Part shown: positions 41,526 to 51,080 of the stretch, piece after piece | Position numbering within the stretch: position 1 is the stretch's first letter | How the letters are laid out: each line of letters opens with the position of its first letter | NCBI GenBank assembly: GCA_964252075.1 | Contig: CAXULY010000025.1 | Location: 18,447-82,446, forward strand | DNA length: 64,000 nucleotides | Source: an uncultured Deinococcaceae bacterium | GTDB lineage: Bacteria; Deinococcota; Deinococci; Deinococcales; Deinococcaceae | Direction: 5' to 3' | Program-made: the position numbers and the translations under genes | Notes under the pieces: model-generated | Seen by the model: the letters and a program-made list of their open reading frames with translations, nothing else | What the model was told of the DNA's origin: nothing | Database searches by the model: none

Positions 41526-41816
41526 TCACTGCGCATTACCCCAAAACGAATGGGTCAGCACGGTGACCTCGATGCCCGTGATGCCTTCGGGGCTGATAAG
41601 GAGTCGGGCGCGCCACACGGCCAGCGCCGCGCGGCAGTCCTCCAGGCTGCTGAGGGTGGGGAGGTACTCGGCGAGCTGCGTGGTGTCCGGCACGGGTGGA
41701 AACTCCGTGATGAGGGCGGCGTCGGCTTCGCGTTGCTCCAGCTCCCAGTGCAGCGGCGCGAGGGCCTGCGTCAGCACCTCGTCGGGGAGGTGGTGCGTCA
41801 CGGCGCACAGCGGCAT
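41526..41816 (-). CDS. Hypothetical protein
   Basis: 96-aa ORF with GGAG RBS. Confidence 0.45.
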   Translation of the reverse strand: MPLCAVTHHLPDEVLTQALAPLHWELEQREADAALITEFPPVPDTTQLAEYLPTLSSLEDCRAALAVWRARLLISPEGITGIEVTVLTHSFWGNAQ

Positions 41817-42233
41817 CTCAGCGCTAATCTCCGCGAGGCGAGGCCCCTTAACTCCACGAGCGGGTTACCTCGCTGTGAACCTCAATCACGACTCCTTGAA
41901 TACCCTGATGGCCTCCAGGCACGACCGGACCGTCATCACTGTCCAACACGCCATCCCAATAACCAAAGCCATGGAAGAACGAAGGCTGGGGTGCGCGTCA
42001 ATGCATCAGGCGTCTGGAAGGCGAAGTACATCAGGACACCCACCATGCACAAGGCCGTAAAGACACGATCGATCTTTTTCCGAACGGTCACACCGCACCT
42101 TACTTCAGGAGGTGTTGCGTGATCGCGCTACGCCTGCGGGTGCTCGACGCGAACCGTGGAGAGGGCCAGCCGTGAAGATGCCCGCGCGCCGACGAGCGCC
42201 CTCACCATCGCAGGTGAGGATTCACCCCTTCGC

Positions 42234-42551
42234 TCAGTCCGCCGCACCCGCAAAGACGTCGTCCTCCACAAGCCCATTGGGGGAGGTGGACGCCAGCACA
42301 GAGGGGCCAGGGTTCAGCGTGAACACCAGGTCACGGGCGGGGACGCGCCACGCGAACACAGCGTCCCATACCACCAGGCCCACAACCAGCAGGACGCACA
42401 CCATGCCATACGCCAGCAGCAGTTGCGCGCCCCACAGGTGCGCCTCGCGGTATTGGGTCCAGTGGAACACCACGGTCGGCGCCCCCGCGGCAACGCCCCC
42501 GGTCATGAGCAGCCCCAGCACTGTGGGGAACATCTTGTGGATGGAAGTCAT
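42234..42551 (-). CDS. Hypothetical 2-TM protein
   Basis: Two hydrophobic segments. Confidence 0.45.
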   Translation of the reverse strand: MTSIHKMFPTVLGLLMTGGVAAGAPTVVFHWTQYREAHLWGAQLLLAYGMVCVLLVVGLVVWDAVFAWRVPARDLVFTLNPGPSVLASTSPNGLVEDDVFAGAAD

Positions 42552-42686
42552 GCCCCAGGATACTGAAGGCGGTCTGACGGCCTTATCACCAAAACGCGGT
42601 GCCTTAACGCATGGAGTTCAGCGAACGACCACCGCGGGGTGGGGCGCAGGGGCAGTGGTGGAGGTTCACATGAACGGAGGCGCCCC

Positions 42687-42938
42687 ATGACGGCCCCCCT
42701 TCGCCACACAGAGCGCCGCGTGCAGATCCTGCGCCTCCTCAGCCATGACCGGCCTCTCACCAGCATGCACGGCGGGGCGGCCCTCGACTGCTCCTCCTAG
42801 AACGCCAGCATCATCCTGCGCGACATGGCGGAGCTGAGCCTCATCCGGCGGCAGGGCCGTCAGCACGTCATGGCGGGCGCCGGGTAGCTGCTCCTGCAGG
42901 AGCACGAGCGCGCCCTGCGCACCCGGAGGGCCTCGTAA
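42687..42938 (+). pseudogene. Winged-helix DNA-binding protein with two in-frame TAG stops
   Basis: MTAPLRHTERRVQILRLL...LT...AALDCSS*NASIILRDMAELSLI...G*; GGAGG RBS. Confidence 0.65.
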
Positions 42939-43153
42939 ACCTCAATGTCGCGCATGAGGCCAGCCGCTTCCGCCTCGCGCGCCTCGCGTACCAGCGCGGC
43001 GACCTCCCACCGGAGCAGTTTAGCGCCGCCGCCGTGACGGCCGCCCGCGTGATGCTGCGCGAGCAGCACTGGAGCTTCTTCCGCTGGTGCGTCCACCACC
43101 TCCGCCAACTCGCCCGGCTACCCCGCATGACCGCCCTGAACCTGGAGGCCCCC

Positions 43154-43713
43154 TTGACCTCGCAGCGCCGCAAAGGCCCCGCATCTCCCACGCCCGCGGT
43201 GTCCGGCCCCACCCCAACATCGCCGAGCGCCGCGCGCACCACCAGTACGCCGAGGACTGGTACCAGGCCATCCGGCACTGGCGCGTCGTGAACATCGACC
43301 TCCCCAGCCCCAGCGACGGCCGCTACAACTTCGACAGCGACCTGGAGTTGCTCACCAGCGGCACCGGGCGAGAGCGCACCGTGGCGTACCTCGTCACGCC
43401 CTACCACCCCGGCCCCCCGCTCGGCGATGAGGAGTTCGGCTACCTCACCGAGCGGGAAGTCACGAGCGCGATCAACACCATGCGGCTCAGCCCCGACCAC
43501 GAAGCCGAGGGCCTCGCGCGCTTCCTCGACCGCGTTCACAAAGGCATGGGCCTCGCCAGCCTGCTGCGCGAGGACGGCCGCTGGCACCAGCACCGCGACG
43601 CCGCCCTGTGGTACGCCGTGGCGGCGCTCAGCCTCGCCATCAACCTGCGTGACCCGCGTGCGGAAGCGCCACTCCGGTATGTGCGGGAAGTCATCGTTGG
43701 GCGCGCGCATTAG
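43154..43713 (+). pseudogene. Phage-type hypothetical protein (possible late regulator), probable 5' frameshift
   Basis: GGAGG+TTG start is out of frame with the main 43087-43713 ORF; paralog remnant at 45.56 kb. Confidence 0.45.
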
Positions 43714-43851
43714 CAGTTGCGAAAACGGCACAACTCGTGAACAATACGTGTAGAGTCGGATCAAAGTCGAAATCAGGAGGCGCCCGTTGGGGCGCCTTTC
43801 TCGTTCCGGGAGGTGCACCACACCCAACCCCAGAAGCCGTACGGTGGAGTC

Positions 43852-44289
43852 ATGAAGACCTGGATGCTGATGCTGCTCCTTATGGGGAGCGCGGAGGCGC
43901 TCACGCCGTCCCATTGGGTTTTGGACACCATCGAGCCCTACCCCGGCCCACGGCCCACCTACAACCTGAGTTACGTGACGAGCAAGTACGTGTACCGCGT
44001 CCAGCTGCCGGGACCGCCCAGCTCCAGCACCTACCTGACGCAGTGCGGCAAAGCGGTTCTCTTGACTTTGAAAGCCACGCCCTCGGCGCGCCTGCAAAAC
44101 TATGGAAGCGAGGGACCGCAGGTGTTCTACTACGTTGACGAAGGGGTGTACACCGCAGATACGTACGTCAGTGCCCGAAACAGCCGTGGGGTCAGGGCGG
44201 ATACGGCCTACACGTGCGATGGGGTGTACCAGGGAAACAGCCAACGCGGCACCCTCTACCTCGCGGTCCGCAAGGCGGAGGTTCCGTAA
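43852..44289 (+). CDS. Secreted hypothetical protein
   Basis: Signal peptide MKTWMLMLLLMGSAEA, GGAG RBS. Confidence 0.6.
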   Translation: MKTWMLMLLLMGSAEALTPSHWVLDTIEPYPGPRPTYNLSYVTSKYVYRVQLPGPPSSSTYLTQCGKAVLLTLKATPSARLQNYGSEGPQVFYYVDEGVYTADTYVSARNSRGVRADTAYTCDGVYQGNSQRGTLYLAVRKAEVP

Positions 44290-44355
44290 GAGCGCTCTTC
44301 CCCTGCCCTGATTAACGAGCCGTCTTGCCGGGGGCACTCTTGTACCCTAAAGCGC

Positions 44356-44559
44356 ATGAAAACCCTGCGCATCTATGTCATGGGTCAGGCAGAGCCCCTG
44401 CTGGTTTCGGACGCCTCAGACGAGCAGATCGACGCCCTCAAAGACGCGATGGCGGGGCAGCGGCGAACATTTACCTATACCAAGGGCGACACAGACGTCA
44501 TCGTGTCGGCCGCCCATATTTTCAGGGCCACGATCACGCATTCCGGTGGGCGTTCCTGA
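44356..44559 (+). CDS. Small hypothetical protein
   Basis: 67-aa ORF, TACCCT -10 is 7 nt before the ATG. Confidence 0.55.
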   Translation: MKTLRIYVMGQAEPLLVSDASDEQIDALKDAMAGQRRTFTYTKGDTDVIVSAAHIFRATITHSGGRS

Positions 44560-44767
44560 TCACCCTCCGCCGCTCCACCAGCGATTCCGAACGACCACGC
44601 CCCGCCCCGTCGCGCACCGGCTGAACGGCCGGAAAGCGAGCCTTTGATGCACTGCTCCCCAGACACCCTCACGGCGGCGTCGCGGCATCACGCGCGCGGT
44701 TGACCTCACCTTTCCGGCGGTCGGGCAGCGCCCCTGTGCTCAGCCGAACCGCTTCTCAAGCTGGTCG

Positions 44768-45070
44768 TCATTCTGTTTTGTATCCCCTGAGCAGGTTTTC
44801 GAGCGTTTCCGCTGGATTCGATCCGACCGGGAGGAAGCCCCCCTCCGTCATCGGTTGGCCTGACGACGCGTCCACCCGGCGAATGTAGAACTCAGGTCCT
44901 CGCCAGGTTTTCGGCCGCTCTCCGATCTCCCACCCGAGGGCAAGTAAGACGTCCATCGCCTGCTCAACATGGTCGTAGTGGTGCTCGTCTTCCGGATGTG
45001 CCGCATAGTGCCGCGCCCACCACTCGCGCCATTGCGCTGCACTCCGCGGTTCGTCCTTCTCTGAGCTCAT
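44768..45070 (-). CDS. Hypothetical protein
   Basis: 100-aa ORF, GAGG RBS. Confidence 0.55.
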   Translation of the reverse strand: MSSEKDEPRSAAQWREWWARHYAAHPEDEHHYDHVEQAMDVLLALGWEIGERPKTWRGPEFYIRRVDASSGQPMTEGGFLPVGSNPAETLENLLRGYKTE

Positions 45071-45160
45071 GTCCTCAACCTCTGTCCTGGAGGCGCCATG
45101 ACAGACACCCCAGGCCCACCGCTTCTGGCGGAGCCGGACGTCACTGAGACCGTGATGGTT

Positions 45161-45484
45161 TCAACTCGCGTCCAGTGCTTGGCCAGCGCGGAGCAAGACA
45201 GTCGATGCGACACTCATGGGGTCGGGCACCTTGTGCAGCGTGGCTTTCGCAATCACGTTTCCGCCCGCATCGCGAGCGACGAATTCGAAAAACTCACGGT
45301 TCGGCACACCTTGAATCGGTTCATCACCCATGTGTTCGACGTACGGGTTCGTCTGCTCGTGGAATGGATCTTCCCAGGTGAAGGTCGCTCCTTCCGCCAT
45401 CAGCCGCTCCAGAAGCGCAGAGAAGCCATGACCACGGGTAACCTCCTGACGCCAGGACGCATTGAGCTGCTCAATGGTTTCCAT
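45161..45484 (-). CDS. Hypothetical protein
   Basis: 107-aa ORF, GAGG RBS. Confidence 0.55.
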   Translation of the reverse strand: METIEQLNASWRQEVTRGHGFSALLERLMAEGATFTWEDPFHEQTNPYVEHMGDEPIQGVPNREFFEFVARDAGGNVIAKATLHKVPDPMSVASTVLLRAGQALDAS

Positions 45485-45549
45485 CCCTCACCCTAACCCC
45501 GGAGGCACCCAGGGCGAAGTCCACGAATGCGCACGGCATCGCCGCCCGA

Positions 45550-45650
45550 CCACCCTGGCTGCCCGCCCGGCCATACAGGGTTCTGATGCCTGTCCGAGCG
45601 CGTGATGGTCAGCGCCGTCAACGCCATGCGCCTCAACCCCAAACACAAAC
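45550..45650 (+). pseudogene. Remnant paralog of the 43154-43713 gene
   Basis: HPGCPPGHTGF*CLSERVMVSAVNAMRLNPKH aligns with HPGPPLGDEEFGYLTEREVTSAINTMRLSPDH. Confidence 0.7.
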
Positions 45651-45887
45651 GGAAGATCTCGCGCGCTTCCCAGAACGCGCACGCACACAAGGGCATGGAC
45701 TGCAGGATGGTGGCCGATGAGCGCGGCACCGCGCCGGAGGCGCCCCTGCGGAAATATGAGGGGTCATCGCAGGCCGTGCGCAACAGCAGCGGCGGCAATA
45801 GGACGAGTCGTGAACAACACCTGTAGCGTTGGATCAAAGTCGCATTCATGGGCGCCCCACGCGGGGCGCTTGTGCAATGCCTAGGAT

Positions 45888-46103
45888 TTGACCGTGAAGC
45901 GCATCGCCCGCAACGTTGAAACCACGGTGGTGCCACTCGAACAGGTCGGCATCACCCTGTCAGAACTTATTGGGAAAATCGTCAGTGAACAGGCTGCCGT
46001 GGGCACCCTCAAGGAAGTGCTGACCATGAGTCACTCCGTCACGCCACTGGCGGACGGTCAATTCATGGTCAGCGTCGCCATCCTCTTCCAGGTTGAGCGG
46101 TAA
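45888..46103 (+). CDS. Small hypothetical protein
   Basis: 71-aa ORF followed by hairpin plus T run. Confidence 0.45.
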   Translation: MTVKRIARNVETTVVPLEQVGITLSELIGKIVSEQAAVGTLKEVLTMSHSVTPLADGQFMVSVAILFQVER

Positions 46104-46673
46104 CGCCTCCCAGCACCGCCCGCCCGCTCCGACGGGCGTTTTTCATCTCAGGAGGTGCCACGCCCATGTCGAAACGCAGCAACCGGCGCGCCACCCGGCG
46201 CCTGATCACCGAGCGCCTCGAAGCCACCCGCCTCACCGCCCAGCTGCACGCCGAGTCGGACCCCAACGCTATGGCGTGTCTTCAAGCGAGGTCTGCCAGG
46301 CGATCTCCTGGGTTCGTGCCCATCACTGACAACGACCCTCACCACCTCTCAGAGCCTGGTTTGCGGGATGTGCTCCGTGGGCAGCGGGCTAGCATTGGCG
46401 GGTGGCCCGGACCCGACTCAACATCATCGATGGACTCGCGCATAAGATCGCATGGTCCTCCATCAACCGAGAACGCCCAGACCACTACAAAGAAATTGTG
46501 GTTGCAGCGTTCATCGAAGCGACCGGCCTGGAATTCGTCGTGCTGCAGTACCCCGACCTCATGGCCCACCTCGCTTTGGGCCGATCTTTGTACGAAGCCG
46601 CCGAGGTGATCAGGCAGCAGCAGTAAAAAGACGCCCGCCTCGGCGGGCTTTCTCATGCCGGCAGAGGTGCGCC

Positions 46674-46874
46674 TTGGCCAAACCGAAGCGGGACAACGAC
46701 CGAGCCGCCCGCGCCCTCGTGGACGCCGTGTTGCTCGGTGATTGGAAGGCTTGCGAGCAGCACAACGGCACCGACAGGACGCTGCGCAACGACCGCGCCG
46801 CGCTCGAAACGGATGTGGAGCCTTTCGCGAAATACCGGGAGCTTTCCGGCGTCGCTACCACCGGCCGCACCTGA
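46674..46874 (+). pseudogene. HTH fragment, possibly a terminase small subunit remnant
   Basis: GAGGTG RBS + TTG; KAC..H....RTLRN.R HTH-like pattern; truncated. Confidence 0.35.
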
Positions 46875-47117
46875 CAGCTGGAGGCCGCAATTCTGGCGTC
46901 CTCTTAATGGCAGTCATTACGTGTACCACACGCGCACCACCTGCCCTGTAAAAATGGGGACGCCGCCACCATCCAGCTAGCTGGTGGCGTGTGGCGCTGG
47001 CGCAAGATCAAAGGCGAGGGGCACGGTGAAGGCGGACGCGCGCAGCTAAAGGAATGGCTCAAGACGCAGCAGTAAACCCCCACCCGCCCAAAGGCAAAGT
47101 GGGGGTCTGCGCTCGGC

Positions 47118-48085
47118 TTAGCGCAGTCCGCCGTGCGCGTTGAGGTACGTCTCGACGGCGTTCAAGCTCGTCATCGAGACGCCCGCCGCCCGAGCCGCTG
47201 CTGCGGTCGTGGTCGGCATGATGATGATCCGGTACGTGGCATCAGGAATTGTGAGGTTGTTAACAGCAGTTTGACAGTTCGCGCCACAGTTGCTGTACGT
47301 GTAGAACAAGTAAAGGATATTATTTCTGAAGGTAAAAAGGGTTTGCTGTGTGTATCCTGTACCATCCTGCTGACTGAATGGCATCACTTGCCAAGACAGT
47401 GTGGTGTTCGGCTTGTAATAGACTATCATCATATCGTTAATCGTCACGGACTGCGTAAAAGCATCAGTAAACGTATGATCTGCGGCGTACATATTATTAG
47501 GACCCGTGTAATTTTATTAGGACCCGTGTAATTTACATAATCGGCTCTAAAAAACTGACTGCCGGCAAGGGTGATCGTTTCGCTCCGCGCGCCCGGCCCT
47601 TGAGGTCCCGTTGGCCTCGTCGCGCCGGTGGCCCCCGTGGCACCGGGGTCGCCTTGCGGGCCCTGAGGTCCGGTCGGACCCGTGGCACCAGTCGCCCCGG
47701 TGGCGCCGGCAGGTCCGGTGGCCCCGGGATCACCTTGGGGACCGCTCAACCCGGTCGCGCCGGGATCACCTTGCGGGCCGGTCGCCCCCGTGGCGCCCGG
47801 CGCACCTGGAGCGCCGCTCGCCCCCGTGGCGCCCGGCGCACCTGGAGCGCCGCTCGCCCGTGGGTCTCCAGGTGCACCCGTGGCGCCTTTGCCGCCAGAG
47901 GGCCCCTGAGCACCGGTGCTGCCCGTCGCGCTGCTGGGTCCTTGAGCGCCGGTGGGCTCTTGCGGGCCTTGGGCACCTGCACGGCCCTGTGCGCCTTGCG
48001 GGCCGACCTGACCGGAGCAGGCGGCGAGGTTCAGAATGAGGGGAAGGGTAAGCATCGCTGCGGCCAGCACGCGTTTGGGTTGCAT
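47118..48085 (-). pseudogene. Collagen-like lipoprotein split by a 20-bp duplication
   Basis: Lipobox LAAC, Gly-X-Y run, AT-rich C-terminal domain in another frame. Confidence 0.8.
47494..47533. repeat. 20-bp tandem duplication
   Basis: TTATTAGGACCCGTGTAATT x2. Confidence 0.95.
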
Positions 48086-48303
48086 ACCCACTCACCATGC
48101 ACTCATCGCGTTAGGTGGGCGTTACGTGCACCACACCTGGATCACCGCCCAACCGCCTGCCTCGTACCACGTGATGCGCTCCTACAGCTGCCCTGGCTTG
48201 GGGCGCACGAGGTGCAGGTGATGCGGACCGCTCGCCGTGACCTTGACGAGCAGAGCGTGATGTTGAGTCACACCCTGCTCATGGTCCTCAGGGTGTTTTG
48301 TTC

Positions 48304-50781
48304 CTAGCGCACGACGATGTTGATGATCTTGCCGGGCACATAGATTTCCTTGACGGTGTCCTTGCCCTCCAGGAAGCGCGCCACGTCTTCATTCGCACGG
48401 GCGGCCGCAATGGCGTCGGCCTGCGGGGCGGTTGTGGCGATCTCAACCTGCCCGCGCACCTTGCCGTTCACCTGCACGCCGATGGTGACGGTGTTCCGAG
48501 TCGCGGCGGCCTCATCCACGACGGGCCAGGGCTGCTGGTGCACGCTGACGCCCGAGGCGTCTTCCGCGTGCTGCGTTTCCGCCCAGATTTCCTCCGCAAT
48601 GTGCGGCACGACCGGGGCCAGCATCTTGTTGAGCACCTCCAGCGCTTCCGTCCAGGCGGGCGTGCCGAAGCTCGGGCTGCGCTTGGCTTTCACCAGCGTG
48701 TTCGTGAACTCCATCAGCGCGGCAATGATGGTGTTGAAGCTCAGGCGCTCGAAGTCGTTCGTGACGCGCTTCAGGGTGCTGTGCGTGGCGTAGCGCAGGT
48801 CCGCCTCGGTGACGGTTTCGGCGGGGCCGGGGGCGGCCTCGTCGAAGTACAGGCTCCAGACGCGGCTCAGCCAGCGCCCGGGGCCGTCAATCGCCTGTGG
48901 ATTCCATGGTCCGCCCAGCTCCCAGGGCGCGATGAACATCAGGTACGCGCGGACGGTGTCGGAGCCGTACTCCCGCACCAGGTCGTCCGGGTCCACCACG
49001 TTGCCGCGGCTCTTGCTCATCTTCTCGTTGTCGGCGCCCAGGATGATGCCCTGGTTGCGCAGCGCGCTGAACGGCTCGTCGAAGGTGATCAGGCCCATGT
49101 CGCGCATAACTTTCGTCCAGAAGCGCGTGTACAGCAGGTGCAGGATGGCGTGCTCGATGCCGCCCGTGTACAGGTCCACGGGCATCATGCGCGCGACGGC
49201 GGCGGGGTCGATGGGGCCGTCCTCCTTGTCGGGGCTCAGGAAGCGGTACATGTACCAGCTGCTGTCCACGAAGGTGTCCATGGTGTCCGTGTCGCGCTCG
49301 GCGGGGCCGCCGCACACGGGGCAGGTGGTCTTGCTCCACTCGGCGTCCAGCTTCAGGGGGCTCTGCCCGGTCGGCAGGAACTCCACGCCGCCCGGCAGGC
49401 GCACGGGCAGCTGGTCCTCGGGGACGGGCTGCGCGCCGTGTTCGGCGCAGTACACGATGGGGATAGGGGTGCCCCAGTAGCGCTGGCGGGACACCAGCCA
49501 GTCGCGCAGGCGGTACGTGGTCTTGGGCCGCGCGATGCCCAGCGCCTGCAGCCGCTCAATGACCGGCCCGATGTGCGCCTTACCACCGGGCAGGCCGTGC
49601 AGCGGTCCGTCGTTCACGATGGCGCCCTCGCCGCTGTAGGCCTCGGTGATGCTGGCGGTGTCCATGGGTTCGGCGCCCTCGGGCCGCACGGTCTCGGTGA
49701 CGTCCAGTCCGTACTTGCGCGCGAAGTCCAGGTCGCGCTGGTCGCCGCTCGGGACGGCCATGATGCTGCCCGTGCCGTACGTCACCAGCACGTAATCCGC
49801 GATCCAGATGGGGATCTGGTGGCCGGTGATGGGGTGCGTCGCGAAGCTGCCGGTGAACACGCCGGTCTTCTCGCGGTCCTCGGCCTGGCGGTCAATCTCA
49901 CTCAGGGCGCCCGCTGCCGTGATGTACGCCTCGACTTCCGCGCGCTGCTCGTCGGTGGTCAGGGTGGGCACCTTGGGGTGCTCGGGCGCCAGCACCAGGA
50001 AGGTCGCGCCCATGATGGTGTCGGGGCGGGTGGTGAACACGGTCTCCACGCCGGCGGGCGTGTCGAAGTCAATCTCCGCGCCGACGGACTTCCCGATCCA
50101 GTTCTTCTGCATCAGGCGCACGCGCTCGGGCATCTCGGTGTGCCCGAAATCCAGCAGTTCCTCGGCGTAGTCGGTGATCTTGAAGTTCCACTGGCTCATC
50201 AAGCGGCGCTCGACCAGCGCGCCGCTGCGCTCGCCCCGCCCATCCACGACCTGCTCGTTTGCCAGCACCGTCTGGTCCACGGGGTCCCAGTTCACGAAGC
50301 TTTCCTTCTTGTACGCCAGACCGCGCTTGAAGAACTGCACGAAGAACCACTGGTTCCAGCGGTAGTACTCCGGGTCGCAAGTGGCGAAGCGGCGCGTCCA
50401 GTCGATCATGGTGCCCATGCGCTGGAACTGCCCCACCATGTGCTCGATGTTCTGGTAGGTCCACCCGGCGGGGTCCGTGCGGTTCTTGATGGCGGCGTTC
50501 TCAGCGGGCAGGCCGAAGGCGTCGAAGCCCATGGGGAACAGCACGTTGTACCCGCGCATGCGCATCCAGCGGGCGCGCGCGTCGGGCGCGACGTTCGCGT
50601 ACCAGTGCCCGATGTGCAGGTTGCCGCTCGGGTACGGGAACATGGTCAGCGCGTAATGCTTCGGTTTGGCGTCGTCCTCGCGGAACAGGTACAGGCCGGA
50701 TTTCTCCCAGGCTTCCTGCCACTTGCCCTCAATGGCGTGCGGGTTGTACTTGGCGCTGCGGGGTTCCTTGATGTCGGTCAT
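48304..50781 (-). CDS. leuS: Leucine--tRNA ligase
   Basis: [28 protein letters not shown]. Confidence 0.97.
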   Translation of the reverse strand: MTDIKEPRSAKYNPHAIEGKWQEAWEKSGLYLFREDDAKPKHYALTMFPYPSGNLHIGHWYANVAPDARARWMRMRGYNVLFPMGFDAFGLPAENAAIKNRTDPAGWTYQNIEHMVGQFQRMGTMIDWTRRFATCDPEYYRWNQWFFVQFFKRGLAYKKESFVNWDPVDQTVLANEQVVDGRGERSGALVERRLMSQWNFKITDYAEELLDFGHTEMPERVRLMQKNWIGKSVGAEIDFDTPAGVETVFTTRPDTIMGATFLVLAPEHPKVPTLTTDEQRAEVEAYITAAGALSEIDRQAEDREKTGVFTGSFATHPITGHQIPIWIADYVLVTYGTGSIMAVPSGDQRDLDFARKYGLDVTETVRPEGAEPMDTASITEAYSGEGAIVNDGPLHGLPGGKAHIGPVIERLQALGIARPKTTYRLRDWLVSRQRYWGTPIPIVYCAEHGAQPVPEDQLPVRLPGGVEFLPTGQSPLKLDAEWSKTTCPVCGGPAERDTDTMDTFVDSSWYMYRFLSPDKEDGPIDPAAVARMMPVDLYTGGIEHAILHLLYTRFWTKVMRDMGLITFDEPFSALRNQGIILGADNEKMSKSRGNVVDPDDLVREYGSDTVRAYLMFIAPWELGGPWNPQAIDGPGRWLSRVWSLYFDEAAPGPAETVTEADLRYATHSTLKRVTNDFERLSFNTIIAALMEFTNTLVKAKRSPSFGTPAWTEALEVLNKMLAPVVPHIAEEIWAETQHAEDASGVSVHQQPWPVVDEAAATRNTVTIGVQVNGKVRGQVEIATTAPQADAIAAARANEDVARFLEGKDTVKEIYVPGKIINIVVR

Positions 50782-50800
50782 GGGTGTGCTCCTGAGGATG

Positions 50801-50838
50801 AAAAAAAGCGCCCCGGCCTGACACAGCCGGGGACGCGC
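50801..50838 (-). terminator. Attenuator terminator of the leuS leader
   Basis: GCGTCCCCGGC...GCCGGGGCGC plus T7 on the minus strand. Confidence 0.8.
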
Positions 50839-50853
50839 GAAACAAGCGGAAAG

Positions 50854-50895
50854 CTAGTCGCGTCGTCCCCGGCTGGTAAGCGCAGAGCGGATCAT
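50854..50895 (-). CDS. Putative leuS leader peptide MIRSALTSRGRRD
   Basis: ATG 7 nt after TAGAAT; one rare CTT Leu codon; overlaps an 11-bp antiterminator arm. Confidence 0.6.
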   Translation of the reverse strand: MIRSALTSRGRRD

Positions 50896-51080
50896 GAGGA
50901 CCATTCTAGGCGCTTCGAGGGGCGGGGTCAATCCGAACGAAAGGACCGCTGGTGGGCCTGCGACGGCGCGTTGAGGGCGGCGGCTGGGTTGCATGCGGCG
51001 GTCGAGCTGGGGCAAGATGGTTGACGAACGTTCGTTAGTCGCATCCGGCAGTGTCCTGCCAACTGCACACGGGAGGCCCC

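Larger units (their letters stand above)
41500..47100. mobile_element. Decayed prophage-like or accessory island (boundaries approximate)
   Basis: Lower GC by eye, many short orphan ORFs and pseudogenes, GGAGGTG RBSs, phage-like hairpins; no integrase or att site seen. Confidence 0.55.

Noticed and set aside
42687..42938. TAG read-through or recoding in the wHTH gene
   Set aside because: Single C-to-T changes in a decaying island explain it; TAG is a normal stop in metY, leuS and treS
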